Assembly: GCA_963773005.1 (NCBI GenBank)
Contig: CAVYZR010000006.1
Span: 588,805 to 652,804, forward strand
Length of the DNA: 64,000 nucleotides
Reading direction: 5' to 3'
Source: an uncultured Acidobacteriota bacterium
Lineage (GTDB): Bacteria > Acidobacteriota > Vicinamibacteria > Vicinamibacterales > 2-12-FULL-66-21
Every line of letters starts with the position of its first letter. Position 1 is the stretch's first letter. Below, one piece after another: positions 29,722 through 39,608 of this stretch. A program made the position numbers and the translations under genes. Below the pieces are notes generated by a model, which had not been told where the DNA came from, searched no databases, and worked only from the letters and a program-made list of their open reading frames with translations.

Positions 29722-30531
29722 ATGGCTCACACAGCGCAGACGCTTGTCGACATCTGCTCGAACCCGGGCACCGCCGCGCGCCTGCTGCGCGAGACTTTCC
29801 GCGCGCGTCGGTACGCCAGCCTGTTCGCGGCGAATCCTGTCCCGAACGCGGCTCCAGCCGCGCCGGTCCCACACGCCAACCCGCTTCGGAGTTTCTTCGA
29901 AGCGAACCGATCAGGCCCCGGCATCTGGAAATGGACGCACTACTTCGACGCCTACGTCCGTCACCTGTCGCGATTCGTCGGGCAGGACGTCCACGTCCTC
30001 GAGATCGGCGTCTACAGCGGCGGGAGCCTGCGGATGTGGCGCGACTTCTTCGGCGACCGGTGCCAGATTTACGGCGTGGACATCGAGCCGGCATGCCGGC
30101 AGTACGAGAACACGCACACACGCGTCTTCATCGGCGATCAGGCCGACCGCGAGTTCTGGCATCAGCTCCGTCGCGATGTCCCCCGACTCGACATCGTCAT
30201 CGACGACGGCGGACATCGGGCTGAACAGCAGGTGGTCACCCTCGAAGAGACGTTGCCGTACCTGTCGCCAGGCGGCGTCTATCTCTGCGAAGACGTCCAC
30301 GGCGCGACCAACGCGTTTCACTCGTACGTCTACGGCCTTGTCACCGAGCTATCGCACTTCGCCGGACGTGAGCGGCGGGACGGCGGACTCGCGTCCGATA
30401 CGAGCGGCTGGCAGTCGCAGATCGCGTCGATCCATCAATATCCCTTTCTCACCGTGATCGAGCGCCATCAACAGTCTGTCGCTGAGCTCGTCGCGCCAAA
30501 ACATGGCACCGAGTGGCAGCCGTTCTTGTGA
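29722..30531 (+). CDS. class I SAM-dependent methyltransferase (CmcI-like)
   Basis: ATG at 29722 follows GGAGAA. WKWTHYFDAYVRHL...VLEIGVYSGGSLRMW...IDDGGH. Confidence 0.7.
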   Translation: MAHTAQTLVDICSNPGTAARLLRETFRARRYASLFAANPVPNAAPAAPVPHANPLRSFFEANRSGPGIWKWTHYFDAYVRHLSRFVGQDVHVLEIGVYSGGSLRMWRDFFGDRCQIYGVDIEPACRQYENTHTRVFIGDQADREFWHQLRRDVPRLDIVIDDGGHRAEQQVVTLEETLPYLSPGGVYLCEDVHGATNAFHSYVYGLVTELSHFAGRERRDGGLASDTSGWQSQIASIHQYPFLTVIERHQQSVAELVAPKHGTEWQPFL

Positions 30532-30607
30532 CGGTGGAACACCTCCGGCGTCCACCGAGAGCGGCTTTGCGCTTGTGCTGAACAAGGCTACGGCGAGAAC
30601 CTTCGCG

Positions 30608-30717
30608 TGGATCGCGAGCGAACGAGCGGCAGCGAATGAGCCACGCGAACGGAGCTAGCGTGGCGAAGCCGCGAGCGAGAGAGTGTGTAGGGGGGCCGGC
30701 GGGGCGAAGCCCCCCGG
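30608..30717 (-). repeat. R1 element copy 3 (reverse orientation, diverged)
   Basis: Reverse complement reads TCCGGGGGGCTTCGCCCCGCCGGCCCCCCTACACACTCTCTCGCTCGCGGCTTCGCC...CGCGTGGCTCATTCGCTGCCGCTCGTTCGC. Its hairpin begins 8 nt beyond the tRNA-Arg CCA end. Confidence 0.7.
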
Positions 30718-30725
30718 ACAAAATT

Positions 30726-30802
30726 TGGTGCGCCCTGCAAGACTCGAACTTGCGACCTCCTGGTTCGTAGCCAGACGCTCTATCCAACTGAGCTAAGGGC
30801 GC
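30726..30802 (-). tRNA. tRNA-Arg (anticodon ACG), CCA encoded
   Basis: Reverse complement is GCGCCCTTAGCTCAGTTGGATAGAGCGTCTGGCTACGAACCAGGAGGTCGCAAGTTCGAGTCTTGCAGGGCGCACCA. Hand-folded cloverleaf with anticodon loop CTACGAA. Confidence 0.9.
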
Positions 30803-30884
30803 GAAGGGCGGTGACCTGAGGAACTCGTCGGCGACGGCCTCGGCACCAGTGCGAAACTCTGATTATATCGCAAGGGGTGAATGG

Positions 30885-30953
30885 GGGAACCCTGAACCCC
30901 ATGAACCCTTTTGAACCTCCTGAACCCCTTTGAACCCCTGAACCCCTTGAACC
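30885..30953. repeat. irregular TGAACC-word tandem array
   Basis: CCTGAACCCCATGAACCCTTTTGAACCTCCTGAACCCCTTTGAACCCCTGAACCCCTTGAACC, period 8-10 nt. It lies between the divergent tRNA-Arg and moaB genes. Confidence 0.7.
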
Positions 30954-30976
30954 TGTGAGATCGCTATACTGAACCG

Positions 30977-31492
30977 GTGAGCGTCTTTGCGCACCGAAAG
31001 GACGCCCCGGCCTCGGTCCGGTGCGTTGTGGTCACCGTCAGCGACACCCGAACCGAAGGCAACGACACCAGCGGGGACGCGATCGTCGAGCTGCTGAAGG
31101 ACGCCGGACATGACGTTGGCGCCAGGCGCATCGTACGGGACGATCCGGAAGCGGTGCGCAGCCTCGTGCGCTCGGTACTGGACACCAACCCCGGCGTTAC
31201 CGACGTCATCATCACGACGGGTGGGACGGGCATCACTGCGCGCGACAGCACCTACGAGGCGATCACCGCGCTCCTCGACAAGCGGCTCGACGGGTTCGGC
31301 GAGCTCTTCAGGATGCTGAGCTTCGCCGAGGTTGGCGCGGCCGCGATGTTGAGCCGCGCGACGGCGGGGTCGATCGGCACCACCGCGGTTTTTGCCTTGC
31401 CCGGATCGGAGCACGCCGTGCGGCTGGCCATGAACAGGTTGATCCTCCCAGAAATCGGCCACGTGGTGCGCGAGTTGAGACGTCAGAACTGA
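30977..31492 (+). CDS. moaB: molybdenum cofactor biosynthesis protein B
   Basis: VVTVSDTR...DVIITTGGTGITARD...FALPGS, MoaB/MogA fold motifs. GTG start. Confidence 0.8.
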   Translation: MSVFAHRKDAPASVRCVVVTVSDTRTEGNDTSGDAIVELLKDAGHDVGARRIVRDDPEAVRSLVRSVLDTNPGVTDVIITTGGTGITARDSTYEAITALLDKRLDGFGELFRMLSFAEVGAAAMLSRATAGSIGTTAVFALPGSEHAVRLAMNRLILPEIGHVVRELRRQN

Positions 31493-31511
31493 ATCCGACG
31501 CAGACACACTG

Positions 31512-32729
31512 ATGACGACCGTCCGTCCGATCCGCGAAACCATTCCACTCGACGAGGCGCGCGCGCTCGTCCTTGGGGCCGCCGTCCCGATCGAGCGTAT
31601 CGAGCGGATTTCAATCCGCGAGGCAGGTGGGCGGGTTCTCGCGCAAGCGGCAACGTCAGCGGGCGACGTGCCGCCATTCGATCGGGCGGCGATGGATGGC
31701 TACGCGGTGATTGCCGCCGACACGTTCGGAGCCAGCTCGTTCGAGCCAAGAACGCTGCGCTCGGTCGAAACGGTGTTCACCGGTCAGGTCGCGCGCGAAC
31801 GCGTCTCCCGCGGCACCTGCATCGAGATCGCGACGGGAGCCCCGCTTCCCGAGGGCGCGGATGCGGTGGTGATGGTCGAGGAGACCGAGAAAGGCAGCCT
31901 CGGCGAGATCCGGGTGCTGACACCGGTCTATCCCCGGCAGCACGTCGGGCGCCGCGGCGCCGACATCGCGGCTGGACAGACGCTGCTCTCGCCTGGAGAT
32001 CTTCTGACCCCGAGCCGCGTTGGGGCCCTCGCCGCGATGGGCCTCATCGAAGTCGACGTCTTCGCACGGCCGCGTGTCGCCATCGTCTCGACCGGCAACG
32101 AGATTGTCGACCCCGGCCAGCCGCTCGGGCCCGGCCAGCTCTACGACATCAACCAGTTCACGTTGTCATCGATCGTCGCGGCTCACGGTGGCGTTCCGGC
32201 GGTCCACCCGACTGTTGCCGACAACCTGAACGCGCTGAACGCCTCGGCAACGTCGACCGGTGATGCCGACATCCTCGTCTTCTCTGGCGGAAGCTCGGTC
32301 GGCGAGCGCGATCTCGTCATCGACGTGATCGCCGGCCTGGGCGAAGTTCTCTTCCACGGCGTCGCGGTCAAGCCGGGCAAGCCGACGACGTTCGGCCGCA
32401 TCGATCGGCGCCTGGTGTTTGGCATGCCAGGCTACGCGACCTCGTGCCTCTCGAACGCCTACATGCTCCTCGTTCCGCTGCTCCGCCGCATCGCCCGCCT
32501 GCCCGAGTATCAGGCGCAGATCGTCCAGCTACCGCTTGCGCGTCGCGTCGTCTCGACGACGGGCCGGCATCAGTTCTACACAGTCCGGATCGAGAACGGC
32601 TCGGCGGTGCCCGCGTTCAAGGCGTCTGGCGATATCACTAGCATGGCGCAGGCCGACGGCTACATCGAGATCCCCGCGCAGACCGACATCGTGGAGGCGG
32701 GCGAGCTCGTCGACATCAAGCTGTTCTGA
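31512..32729 (+). CDS. moeA: molybdopterin molybdotransferase
   Basis: PPFDRAAMDGYAV...GADIAAGQTLL...VFSGGSSVGERD...GVAVKPGKPTTFG, typical MoeA. Confidence 0.9.
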   Translation: MTTVRPIRETIPLDEARALVLGAAVPIERIERISIREAGGRVLAQAATSAGDVPPFDRAAMDGYAVIAADTFGASSFEPRTLRSVETVFTGQVARERVSRGTCIEIATGAPLPEGADAVVMVEETEKGSLGEIRVLTPVYPRQHVGRRGADIAAGQTLLSPGDLLTPSRVGALAAMGLIEVDVFARPRVAIVSTGNEIVDPGQPLGPGQLYDINQFTLSSIVAAHGGVPAVHPTVADNLNALNASATSTGDADILVFSGGSSVGERDLVIDVIAGLGEVLFHGVAVKPGKPTTFGRIDRRLVFGMPGYATSCLSNAYMLLVPLLRRIARLPEYQAQIVQLPLARRVVSTTGRHQFYTVRIENGSAVPAFKASGDITSMAQADGYIEIPAQTDIVEAGELVDIKLF

Positions 32730-32741
32730 TCCATCTTAGAC

Positions 32742-33218
32742 ATGTCCACGCGCTCGACATTGACCGCGGCGCCGCCGTTTTCGCTGCCGACACAGAAGGG
32801 CGACTTGCGTTCGCTCGAAGACTACCTGAACAAGGGTCCGGTGCTGCTCGCCTTCCATCGCGGCACGTGGTGTCCGAACTGCCGCACGAGGTTTGCCGAG
32901 CTCGCGATGAATGCCGCGACCTACACCGCGCGCGGCTGGCAGGTCGTCGCAGTCGTCGCCCAGAGCTCGACGGCGGTACGGCGCTATATCGAAGACAAGG
33001 GATTGCCGTTCAACATCCTGATCGACGCGTCGCGCGACGTCTCGAAGGCCTACGGCGTGTGGCAGCGCATCGGGATCGACGCCTGGAACATCGCCAGGCC
33101 CTCGCTCTTCCTGATCGAACCGTCAGGGGCCGTTCGCTATTCGTTCGTCGCCGCCACGCAGGATGAGTTCCCGTCGCACGAGGACATCATGAAAGAAATC
33201 GACAGGGTACTTACCTGA
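32742..33218 (+). CDS. peroxiredoxin-like thioredoxin-fold protein (AhpC/TSA family)
   Basis: FSLPTQKGDLRSLEDYLNKGPVLLAFHRGTWCPNC. Confidence 0.75.
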   Translation: MSTRSTLTAAPPFSLPTQKGDLRSLEDYLNKGPVLLAFHRGTWCPNCRTRFAELAMNAATYTARGWQVVAVVAQSSTAVRRYIEDKGLPFNILIDASRDVSKAYGVWQRIGIDAWNIARPSLFLIEPSGAVRYSFVAATQDEFPSHEDIMKEIDRVLT

Positions 33219-33236
33219 GGGGGCCAGCCGCGCATG

Positions 33237-33316
33237 TTAGGAGCTAGGAGATAGGAGCTAGGCGGCGAATCCTGCTTCCAACTTCTAGCTCCCAGCTTCC
33301 AGCTTCTAGCTCCTAC
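33237..33316. repeat. NTAGGAG heptamer-armed hairpin
   Basis: TTAGGAGCTAGGAGATAGGAGCTAGG, loop, then TTCTAGCTCCCAGCTTCCAGCTTCTAGCTCCTAC. The right arm overlaps the sod stop codon (33313-33315). Confidence 0.7.
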
Positions 33317-33915
33317 TTGAAGCGCTTGTTCACCTCGTCCCAATTCACCACGTTCCACCACGCCGTGATGTAGTCGGGCCGCCGGTTCTGGTACTTCAGG
33401 TAGTAGGCATGTTCCCACACGTCGAGACCAAGAATCGCCTTCTTGCCTTCCATCAGGGGGCTGTCCTGATTCGCGCTGCTCTCGATCACGAGCTTGCCGC
33501 CGGCGTCGATGAGCCAGGCCCAACCGCTACCGAAGCGGCCGACGCCAGCCTTGGCGAACTGTTCCTTGAACGAATCGAAGCTGCCAAAAGACGACGAGAT
33601 GGCCTCGCCGACGCGGCCGGTCGGCGCGCCGCCCTTTCCCGGCCCCATGATCTCCCAGAACATCGTGTGATTGACGTGGCCGCCGCCGTTGTTCCGCACC
33701 GCCGTGCGAATCTCCTCCGGCACGGTGTTGATGCCGCGCACCAGATCGTCGGCGCTCTTCTGCTGCAGCTGCGGGACCTTTTCCAGCGCCGCGTTCAGGT
33801 TGTTGACATACGCCGCGTGATGCTTGTCGTGATGGATCCGCATCGTCTGCTCGTCGATGTGCGGCTCGAGCGCGTTATAGGCATAAGGGAGGGGGGGAAC
33901 TTCGTAGGCCATCAT
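33313..33915 (-). CDS. Fe/Mn superoxide dismutase
   Basis: [25 protein letters not shown] and [18 protein letters not shown]. Confidence 0.95.
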   Translation of the reverse strand: MMAYEVPPLPYAYNALEPHIDEQTMRIHHDKHHAAYVNNLNAALEKVPQLQQKSADDLVRGINTVPEEIRTAVRNNGGGHVNHTMFWEIMGPGKGGAPTGRVGEAISSSFGSFDSFKEQFAKAGVGRFGSGWAWLIDAGGKLVIESSANQDSPLMEGKKAILGLDVWEHAYYLKYQNRRPDYITAWWNVVNWDEVNKRFK

Positions 33916-33925
33916 CTGCTCCTTA

Positions 33926-34058
33926 TCAGCTGCCAGCTACCAGCTTCCGGCTTCCCGCTGGTCTCTCGAAATCCAAGTTAGTCAGCTAGCCAGCATATCG
34001 CATACGGTGGACACACGATCAACACGATCAACTGGAAGCCGGCGGGAACCTGGAAGCT
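33926..34058. repeat. CAGCTKC heptamer-armed hairpin with ~70-nt loop
   Basis: Left arm CAGCTGCCAGCTACCAGCTTCCGGCTTCCCGCTGG. Right arm ACTGGAAGCCGGCGGGAACCTGGAAGCTG, ending 2 nt before the nadA stop. Confidence 0.7.
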
Positions 34059-34060
34059 GA

Positions 34061-35194
34061 CTAGACCTTGAGCATCCGGTCGAGCGCGAGGCGTGCGAAA
34101 CTCTTCTGTGGCTCCGACACGGTGATCTGATTGTGGATCGTGCCCTCGACGAGCCCTTCGAGCGTCCACAGCAGATGATTCGGCGACACTCGAAACATCG
34201 TCGAACAAAGGCAGCCGAACGGGTCCAGGGTGACGACGGTCTTGTCAGGCTCGACGTCGTTCTTCAACCGGTTGACGAGATGGATCTCGGTCGCGACCGC
34301 CCAAATCGATCCTGACGGACTGTTCCGGACGGTGTTGATGATGTGCTCGGTCGAGCCGCTGACGTCTGCGGCCTGGACGACGTCGAACGTACACTCGGGG
34401 TGCGCGATGACTTTGCCGCCCGGGTACTTCTTGCGGAACACCTCAATCTGCTGAACCGTGAAGCGCGTGTGGACCGAGCAATGCCCCTTCCACAGGATCA
34501 GCTTTGCGGCCTTCACCTGCGCCGGCTCGAGCCCCCCGTAGACTTCATTGGGATCCCAGACGACCATTTGATCGAGCGGCACGCCCATCTTGAAGGCCGT
34601 ATTGCGGCCGAGGTGCTGGTCGGGGAGCATGACGAGCGTTTCGCCGCGCTGCCACGCCCACGCCATGATGGCAGCGGCGTTGGTCGACGTGCAGACGATG
34701 CCGCCGTGCTCGCCGCAGAATGCTTTGATATCGGCTGAAGAGTTGATGTAGGTGACGGGAACGACGGTCTCGACCGCGACGCCCATTTCCTTCAACTCGC
34801 GCCAGCACATGTCGAGCTGATCGCCGGCGGCCATGTCGGCCATCGAGCAGCCGGCGGCCAGATCCGGCAGGACGACCTTCTGATGCGGCGCGCAGAGGAT
34901 GTCGGCGCTCTCGGCCATGAAGTGCACGCCGCAGAACACGATGAACTCCGCCTTACCCTTGCTGGCGGCGGCGCGCGCGAGCTTCAACGAGTCGCCAGTG
35001 AAGTCGGCGAACTTGATCACCTCGTCGCGCTGATAGTGATGGCCGAGGATCACCAGCCGATCGCCGAGCGTCTGCTTGGCCGCTGCGATCCGAGCGTCCA
35101 TCTCGTCGTCTGAGAGGCGCAGATATTGTTCGGGGAGCGGCTGGCGCTCGCCGATACTCTGCTTTTCGACCTGGTTGAGGAGTTTGATATCCAT
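34061..35194 (-). CDS. nadA: quinolinate synthase
   Basis: LVILGHHYQRDEVIKFADFTGDSLKLA...FCGVHFMAESADIL...HPEC. Confidence 0.9.
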   Translation of the reverse strand: MDIKLLNQVEKQSIGERQPLPEQYLRLSDDEMDARIAAAKQTLGDRLVILGHHYQRDEVIKFADFTGDSLKLARAAASKGKAEFIVFCGVHFMAESADILCAPHQKVVLPDLAAGCSMADMAAGDQLDMCWRELKEMGVAVETVVPVTYINSSADIKAFCGEHGGIVCTSTNAAAIMAWAWQRGETLVMLPDQHLGRNTAFKMGVPLDQMVVWDPNEVYGGLEPAQVKAAKLILWKGHCSVHTRFTVQQIEVFRKKYPGGKVIAHPECTFDVVQAADVSGSTEHIINTVRNSPSGSIWAVATEIHLVNRLKNDVEPDKTVVTLDPFGCLCSTMFRVSPNHLLWTLEGLVEGTIHNQITVSEPQKSFARLALDRMLKV

Positions 35195-35195
35195 T

Positions 35196-35392
35196 TCAGT
35201 CGACTGTCGGGAGTCGGAAGTCGTCAGTCACAGTCGTCAATCTGAGTCGTCAGTCCCGAGTCGTCAGTCCCAGTCAGTCCGAGTCGGCAATCGAGTGTCG
35301 ACTGTCAACTCGCCCTGTCGACTGCCGACTCGGACCGTCGACTCAGACTGCCGACTGCGACTCCCGACTAACGATTCCCGACTACCGACTAT
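35196..35392. repeat. GTCGGNN/GTCGTCA heptamer-armed long hairpin
   Basis: The left half is rich in GAGTCGG/GTCGTCA words and the right half in CCGACT/CGACTC words. It spans from 1 nt after the nadA start to the stop of the mqn gene. Confidence 0.8.
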
Positions 35393-36537
35393 TGTAGTGC
35401 CCCGACGCCCGAGTCATCAGGCGCGTCGGGACCAGTAACCACGTTATACAGCGTGTCCCGTTCAACCGGCTCCCGTCCAGCCCCGCGGATGAGCCGGCGA
35501 ATCGCCGAGGTGCTCATGGACTCCGGCGTGCGCGCGCCGGCCATGTGGTAAATCTTCTCTTCCTGCACCGTCCCGTCGAGGTCGTCGACGCCGAACCACA
35601 AGGCCATCTGGGCTACTTCAACGCCCGTGGCGATCCAGAACGCCTTGACGTGCGGGATGTTGTCGAGCATCAACCGCGACACCGCATGCACCCGCAGCGT
35701 CTCGGTGGCTGTCGGCGCCGGCAGCTTCCGCATCTGGTTGTTGTCGGGGTGGAATGCCAGCGGGATGAATGCCTGAAGCCCACCGGTCTCGTCCTGGAGC
35801 GCGCGCGTCCGGAGCATGTGGTCGACGCGCTCGGCGATCGTCTCGATGTGGCCGTAAAGCATCGTGATGTTCGAGCGCAACCCGAGGCGATGGGCGATCC
35901 GGTGGATATCCAGGTAGCGCTCGGCGCCGCACTTGTCGTGGCAGATCTTCTGACGGACCCGCTCGGCGAACACTTCCGCGCCGCCACCGGGCAACGAATC
36001 GAGACCTGCGGCTTTGAGCTCTTCGAGCACTTGCTCGTCGGTCATGCGGTAGAGATCGGCAAAGAACGCGATCTCGACGGCGGTGAAACACTTCAAATGA
36101 ATCCCTGATCGAATCCGCTTGAAACCCCGCAGCAGCTCCAGGTAGTAGTCGAATGGCAGATCAGGGTGCAGGCCATTGACGACGTGAACCTCAGTGAGGG
36201 GTTGATGGGCACGCTGTCGCAGCTTGTCCCACGCCTCTTCGAGCGACATCGTGTACGACCCGTCGTCGCCTGGTTTCAGGCGGGCGAAGGCGCAGAACAG
36301 GCAGCTGGCGACACAGACGTTGGTCGCTTCGAGCCGGATGTTGAAGTTGTAATAGGTCCGCCCATCGTGCCGCTTTTCGCGTTCGCGATTGGCCAGCCAG
36401 CCGAGCGCCAGCGTGTCCGGACAGTTGAAGAGCGTCACGCCATCGTCGAAGGACAGGCGGACACCGGCCGCGAGTTTGTCGTCGATGCCGGCGAGGCCGA
36501 GCGAGGCGAGGCGACTCCGCATTGAACTAGACCACAC
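35389..36537 (-). CDS. radical-SAM menaquinone (futalosine pathway) enzyme, MqnE/MqnC family
   Basis: NVCVASCLFCAF radical-SAM cluster motif and overall family-typical sequence. The start may be MRSRL at 36522 rather than 36537. Confidence 0.8.
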   Translation of the reverse strand: MWSSSMRSRLASLGLAGIDDKLAAGVRLSFDDGVTLFNCPDTLALGWLANREREKRHDGRTYYNFNIRLEATNVCVASCLFCAFARLKPGDDGSYTMSLEEAWDKLRQRAHQPLTEVHVVNGLHPDLPFDYYLELLRGFKRIRSGIHLKCFTAVEIAFFADLYRMTDEQVLEELKAAGLDSLPGGGAEVFAERVRQKICHDKCGAERYLDIHRIAHRLGLRSNITMLYGHIETIAERVDHMLRTRALQDETGGLQAFIPLAFHPDNNQMRKLPAPTATETLRVHAVSRLMLDNIPHVKAFWIATGVEVAQMALWFGVDDLDGTVQEEKIYHMAGARTPESMSTSAIRRLIRGAGREPVERDTLYNVVTGPDAPDDSGVGALQ

Positions 36538-37027
36538 CTTGCACTTGAACGCGGATCGAGCGCTCGCGAGGCCCGTCGAGCTCGGCCGCGAGCACGCGCT
36601 GCCACTGACCGAGGACCAGTTCGCCGCCGGTGACCTGCAGCGTCATGCTGTGCCCGAGCAGCATGGCCCGGAGATGCGCGTCGGCGTTGTTGCGGTCGCA
36701 ATCCGAATGCTCGGGGTCGTTGTGCATCCACTTGCCGCTTCGCGACACCGTCAGCTCGAGGAACTGCTTGATGTCGGCGTGCAGCGCCGACTGATTCTCG
36801 TTGATGAAGAGCGCGCACGTCGTATGCAGCGACCAGAGGCTGACGAGGCCTTCCTTGACCGCTGACGCGCGGACGATGCTGCTGACCCGCTCGGTGACGT
36901 CAACGAGCTCCACACGGTCGGAGGTCTGGACGGTGAGGGTCTGTGCGTGAATCACGAGGTTGCCAGTGGCGAGGGTTACGTCGCCAGCGGGTGTCTGCCT
37001 CGCGCTGATGGTCGAGCTCTTAGTCAT
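36527..37027 (-). CDS. yjbQ: YjbQ/UPF0047 family protein (secondary thiamine-phosphate synthase)
   Basis: Start taken at MTKSS (37027). GLVSLWSLHTTCALFINENQ...DAHLRAMLLGHSMTLQV. Confidence 0.8.
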   Translation of the reverse strand: MTKSSTISARQTPAGDVTLATGNLVIHAQTLTVQTSDRVELVDVTERVSSIVRASAVKEGLVSLWSLHTTCALFINENQSALHADIKQFLELTVSRSGKWMHNDPEHSDCDRNNADAHLRAMLLGHSMTLQVTGGELVLGQWQRVLAAELDGPRERSIRVQVQGVV

Positions 37028-37099
37028 AGGCTCAAGGGCAGTTACGGCCCAGGGCACTGAGCGGCCGCAAAAGCTTAATTTTACAGGTGTTATACTGGC

Positions 37100-37300
37100 G
37101 GGCACAACTGACGTAGGAGCCGCGCCCAGTCGACGCGGCTCTGCCCGGCGAGCACGGGAAGTGGGTGCGAATCCCACGCGGTGCCGCCACTGTAAGCGGG
37201 GAGCGTCGTTTCCCTGTGGGGTCTGACCCCTACGCCACTGTGCTTTAGGGCATGGGAAGGCGAGGAAACGGCGCGTCGATCCGCAAGCCAGGATACCTGG
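37100..37300 (+). promoter_or_regulatory. cobalamin (B12) riboswitch
   Basis: GGGAAGTGGGTGCGAATCCCACGCGGTGCCGCCACTGTAA core, a second GCCACTGTGC...GGGAAGGCG (B12-box-like), and CAAGCCAGGATACCTGGCG. It lies directly upstream of a TonB receptor/ABC uptake operon. Boundaries are approximate. Confidence 0.8.
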
Positions 37301-37352
37301 CGCCGGGCCGTCCTTATTCCCTCGGCGCGAGACACGCCGAAAAGGAGCCTCG

Positions 37353-39608
37353 GTGCATAATCACGGTCCGATCCTCGCTCTCCTGCTGACGTTCATCTTT
37401 GCGGCTAGACCGTGCCTTGCGGGGCCGGTCAGCGGTCAGGTCGTCGATCCTGACGGCCGCGGCGTTCCCGGCGCGGTCGTGCTGGTAACGGACGGCACGT
37501 CGGTGATCGCCCGCACGATGACGGTCTCGTCGGGACAATTCACGCTCAACGCCCCGGACAGTGGCGACTACGAAATTCGCATCGCGCTCGACGGGTTCCG
37601 AGCCAAGCCGATCCGAATCGCTGGCGCCGGCGCGGCCAGGGATCTTGGAACGATCGCGCTCGAGATCAGCGCCGTATCTGAATCGGTCGTCGTCTCGGCG
37701 GCGCAAGTTGAAATTCCGCAATCGTCGGCCGCCTCGAGCGTGACGATCATCACCCGCGACGACCTCGAGAAGCATCAAGTCGAGAGCGTCGCCGACGCCC
37801 TGCGGGCCGTGCCGGGACTGTCGGTGATCACCAACGGCGGCCGCGGCGCGGTGACGAGCGTGTTCCCGCGCGGCGGCGAATCGGACTATTCGCTCGTGAT
37901 CGTCGACGGCGTGCAGGCGAATGCGTTCGGCGGGGGCTACGATTTCGCGCATCTCCCAGTCGCGAACATCGAGCGGATCGAAGTCGTTCGTGGACCGCAG
38001 AGCGCGCTCTTTGGATCGAACGCGATCGGCTCGGTGATCCGCGTCGTCACCCGGCGGGGCGGCCAGCCTGACGCGTCCGCCTCGATCGAAGGCGGCGGCT
38101 ACGATACGTTCCGCGCGACCGCCGCCACCTCGGGCGCCGTCGGACCGTGGCACTGGGGCGCGGCGACCGAACGGTTGACCACGGCGAATTTCAACGGCTC
38201 GCGCACCGCGACCGGTGCCATCGTCGAGAATGACGACTACGAGCGGAGCTTCGCGGATCTGGCCGGCGGGTGGCGCAACAGCCAGGGCGCGGGGATTCAG
38301 GGAAGCCTGCGCTACGCCACCGACGAGCGCGGTGCTCCGGGGCCGTTCGGCGCGGACCCTGGCGGGACCTACGGCGGGATTGACCTCGTCGCGCGCGGCG
38401 TCAACGATCGCTGGCTGATGTCGATTGCTGGCGCCGCGACGGCGGGTCGCGCCCGAATCAGCGGCGAAGCAACGCACTCGCGGCTCGGCAGCGAGTTTGC
38501 GAGCCAGTTCGGCGATTCCGAGTCGTATACCCGGCGGACGACCGCGCGCTTTCTGGTAGATACGACCTTCGCGCGGGGCCTCGAAGCGTCGGCAGGCGCC
38601 GAACTGCTAGGTGAAAGCGCCGGCGGCACCTTTATCACTGCCACAGGCAATCAGCTCGTGCCCGTTGAGCGCGGTATCGCCGGGGTCTTCGGCGAGGTGC
38701 GGTGGAACCGAGCCGATCGACTTTTTCTGGCGGCAGGCCTCCGCGTCGACCGCATTACGCGTCAAGCTCTCGCCGGAGACGCCGACGCGTTCGCTCCACG
38801 GCCGCCGTTCGACAGCGACACGGTCGTCTCGGCAAATCCCAAGGTCGCGGCGGCGTGGGTCCTTGGCGCGACCGACGGCAACTTCACCAAGCTTCGGGGA
38901 ACAGCGGGCACCGGCATCCGCCCCCCCGACGCTTTTGAGCTCGCTTTCACCGACAACCCGTCGCTCGAGCCGGAGCGCAGCCGCAGCTTCGACGCAGGCG
39001 TCGAACAGGCGCTCTTCGGCGGGCGTGGCCTCGTCGAGGGCACCTTCTTCTTCAATAACTACGACGACCTGATTGTCGCGACGGGATCGTTCAGCGGCTC
39101 GAGCCAGTTTCGGACCGACAACATCTCGAATGCGCGCGCACAGGGCGTCGAAATTGCCGGCACGGTGCGGATGCCGCTGAATGCGCTCGGCGGCGGAAGC
39201 CTTCAGGTCCGCGTCGGCTACACGCGTCTCTCGACCGAAATCCTCGCCGTCGATCAGAGCGGGCTGGCCCCGGCCCCGTATGCAGTCGGTGACCGGTTGC
39301 TGCGGCGGCCCGATCACATGTTCTCAGCCGACGTGCTGCTCTCTGCCGGACCGCTCTCGGCGTTCCTCGACGGCGGGGCCCGCAGCACAGTCAGCGACGT
39401 CGACCCGAGCTTCGGCACGTTCGGCGGCGTCTACGAGGGACCCGGATACAGTGTTTGGAACGCCGGCGCATCGTGGGCGTTCTGGAACCGGCTGCAGATC
39501 TTCGGGCGCGTCACCAACCTCTTCAATCGCGACTACGAGGAAGCGCTGGGTTACCCTGCGCTCAGACGTGCCGGGATGGTGGGAGTGAGGGTTGCTGCGA
39601 GCCGCTGA
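37353..39608 (+). CDS. TonB-dependent receptor (BtuB-like by context) with CarboxypepD_reg domain
   Basis: GTG at 37353 follows AAGGAG. Signal peptide. GQVVDPDGRGVPGAVVLV module, plug (VTIITRDDLEKHQVESVADALRAVPGL) and barrel. Confidence 0.85.
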   Translation: MHNHGPILALLLTFIFAARPCLAGPVSGQVVDPDGRGVPGAVVLVTDGTSVIARTMTVSSGQFTLNAPDSGDYEIRIALDGFRAKPIRIAGAGAARDLGTIALEISAVSESVVVSAAQVEIPQSSAASSVTIITRDDLEKHQVESVADALRAVPGLSVITNGGRGAVTSVFPRGGESDYSLVIVDGVQANAFGGGYDFAHLPVANIERIEVVRGPQSALFGSNAIGSVIRVVTRRGGQPDASASIEGGGYDTFRATAATSGAVGPWHWGAATERLTTANFNGSRTATGAIVENDDYERSFADLAGGWRNSQGAGIQGSLRYATDERGAPGPFGADPGGTYGGIDLVARGVNDRWLMSIAGAATAGRARISGEATHSRLGSEFASQFGDSESYTRRTTARFLVDTTFARGLEASAGAELLGESAGGTFITATGNQLVPVERGIAGVFGEVRWNRADRLFLAAGLRVDRITRQALAGDADAFAPRPPFDSDTVVSANPKVAAAWVLGATDGNFTKLRGTAGTGIRPPDAFELAFTDNPSLEPERSRSFDAGVEQALFGGRGLVEGTFFFNNYDDLIVATGSFSGSSQFRTDNISNARAQGVEIAGTVRMPLNALGGGSLQVRVGYTRLSTEILAVDQSGLAPAPYAVGDRLLRRPDHMFSADVLLSAGPLSAFLDGGARSTVSDVDPSFGTFGGVYEGPGYSVWNAGASWAFWNRLQIFGRVTNLFNRDYEEALGYPALRRAGMVGVRVAASR

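Noticed and set aside
9860-30802. tadA and its substrate tRNA-Arg(ACG) both lying in the window, considered as a meaningful linkage.
   Set aside because: They are 20 kb apart on a chromosome with many unrelated genes between them. Both are universal housekeeping features, so this is coincidence.
37078-37095. Promoter call upstream of the cobalamin riboswitch (TATACT at about 37091 with a TTTACA/TTAATT -35).
   Set aside because: The spacing between the candidate -35 and -10 hexamers does not fit 16-18 nt in any register I could count, so there is no supported promoter call.
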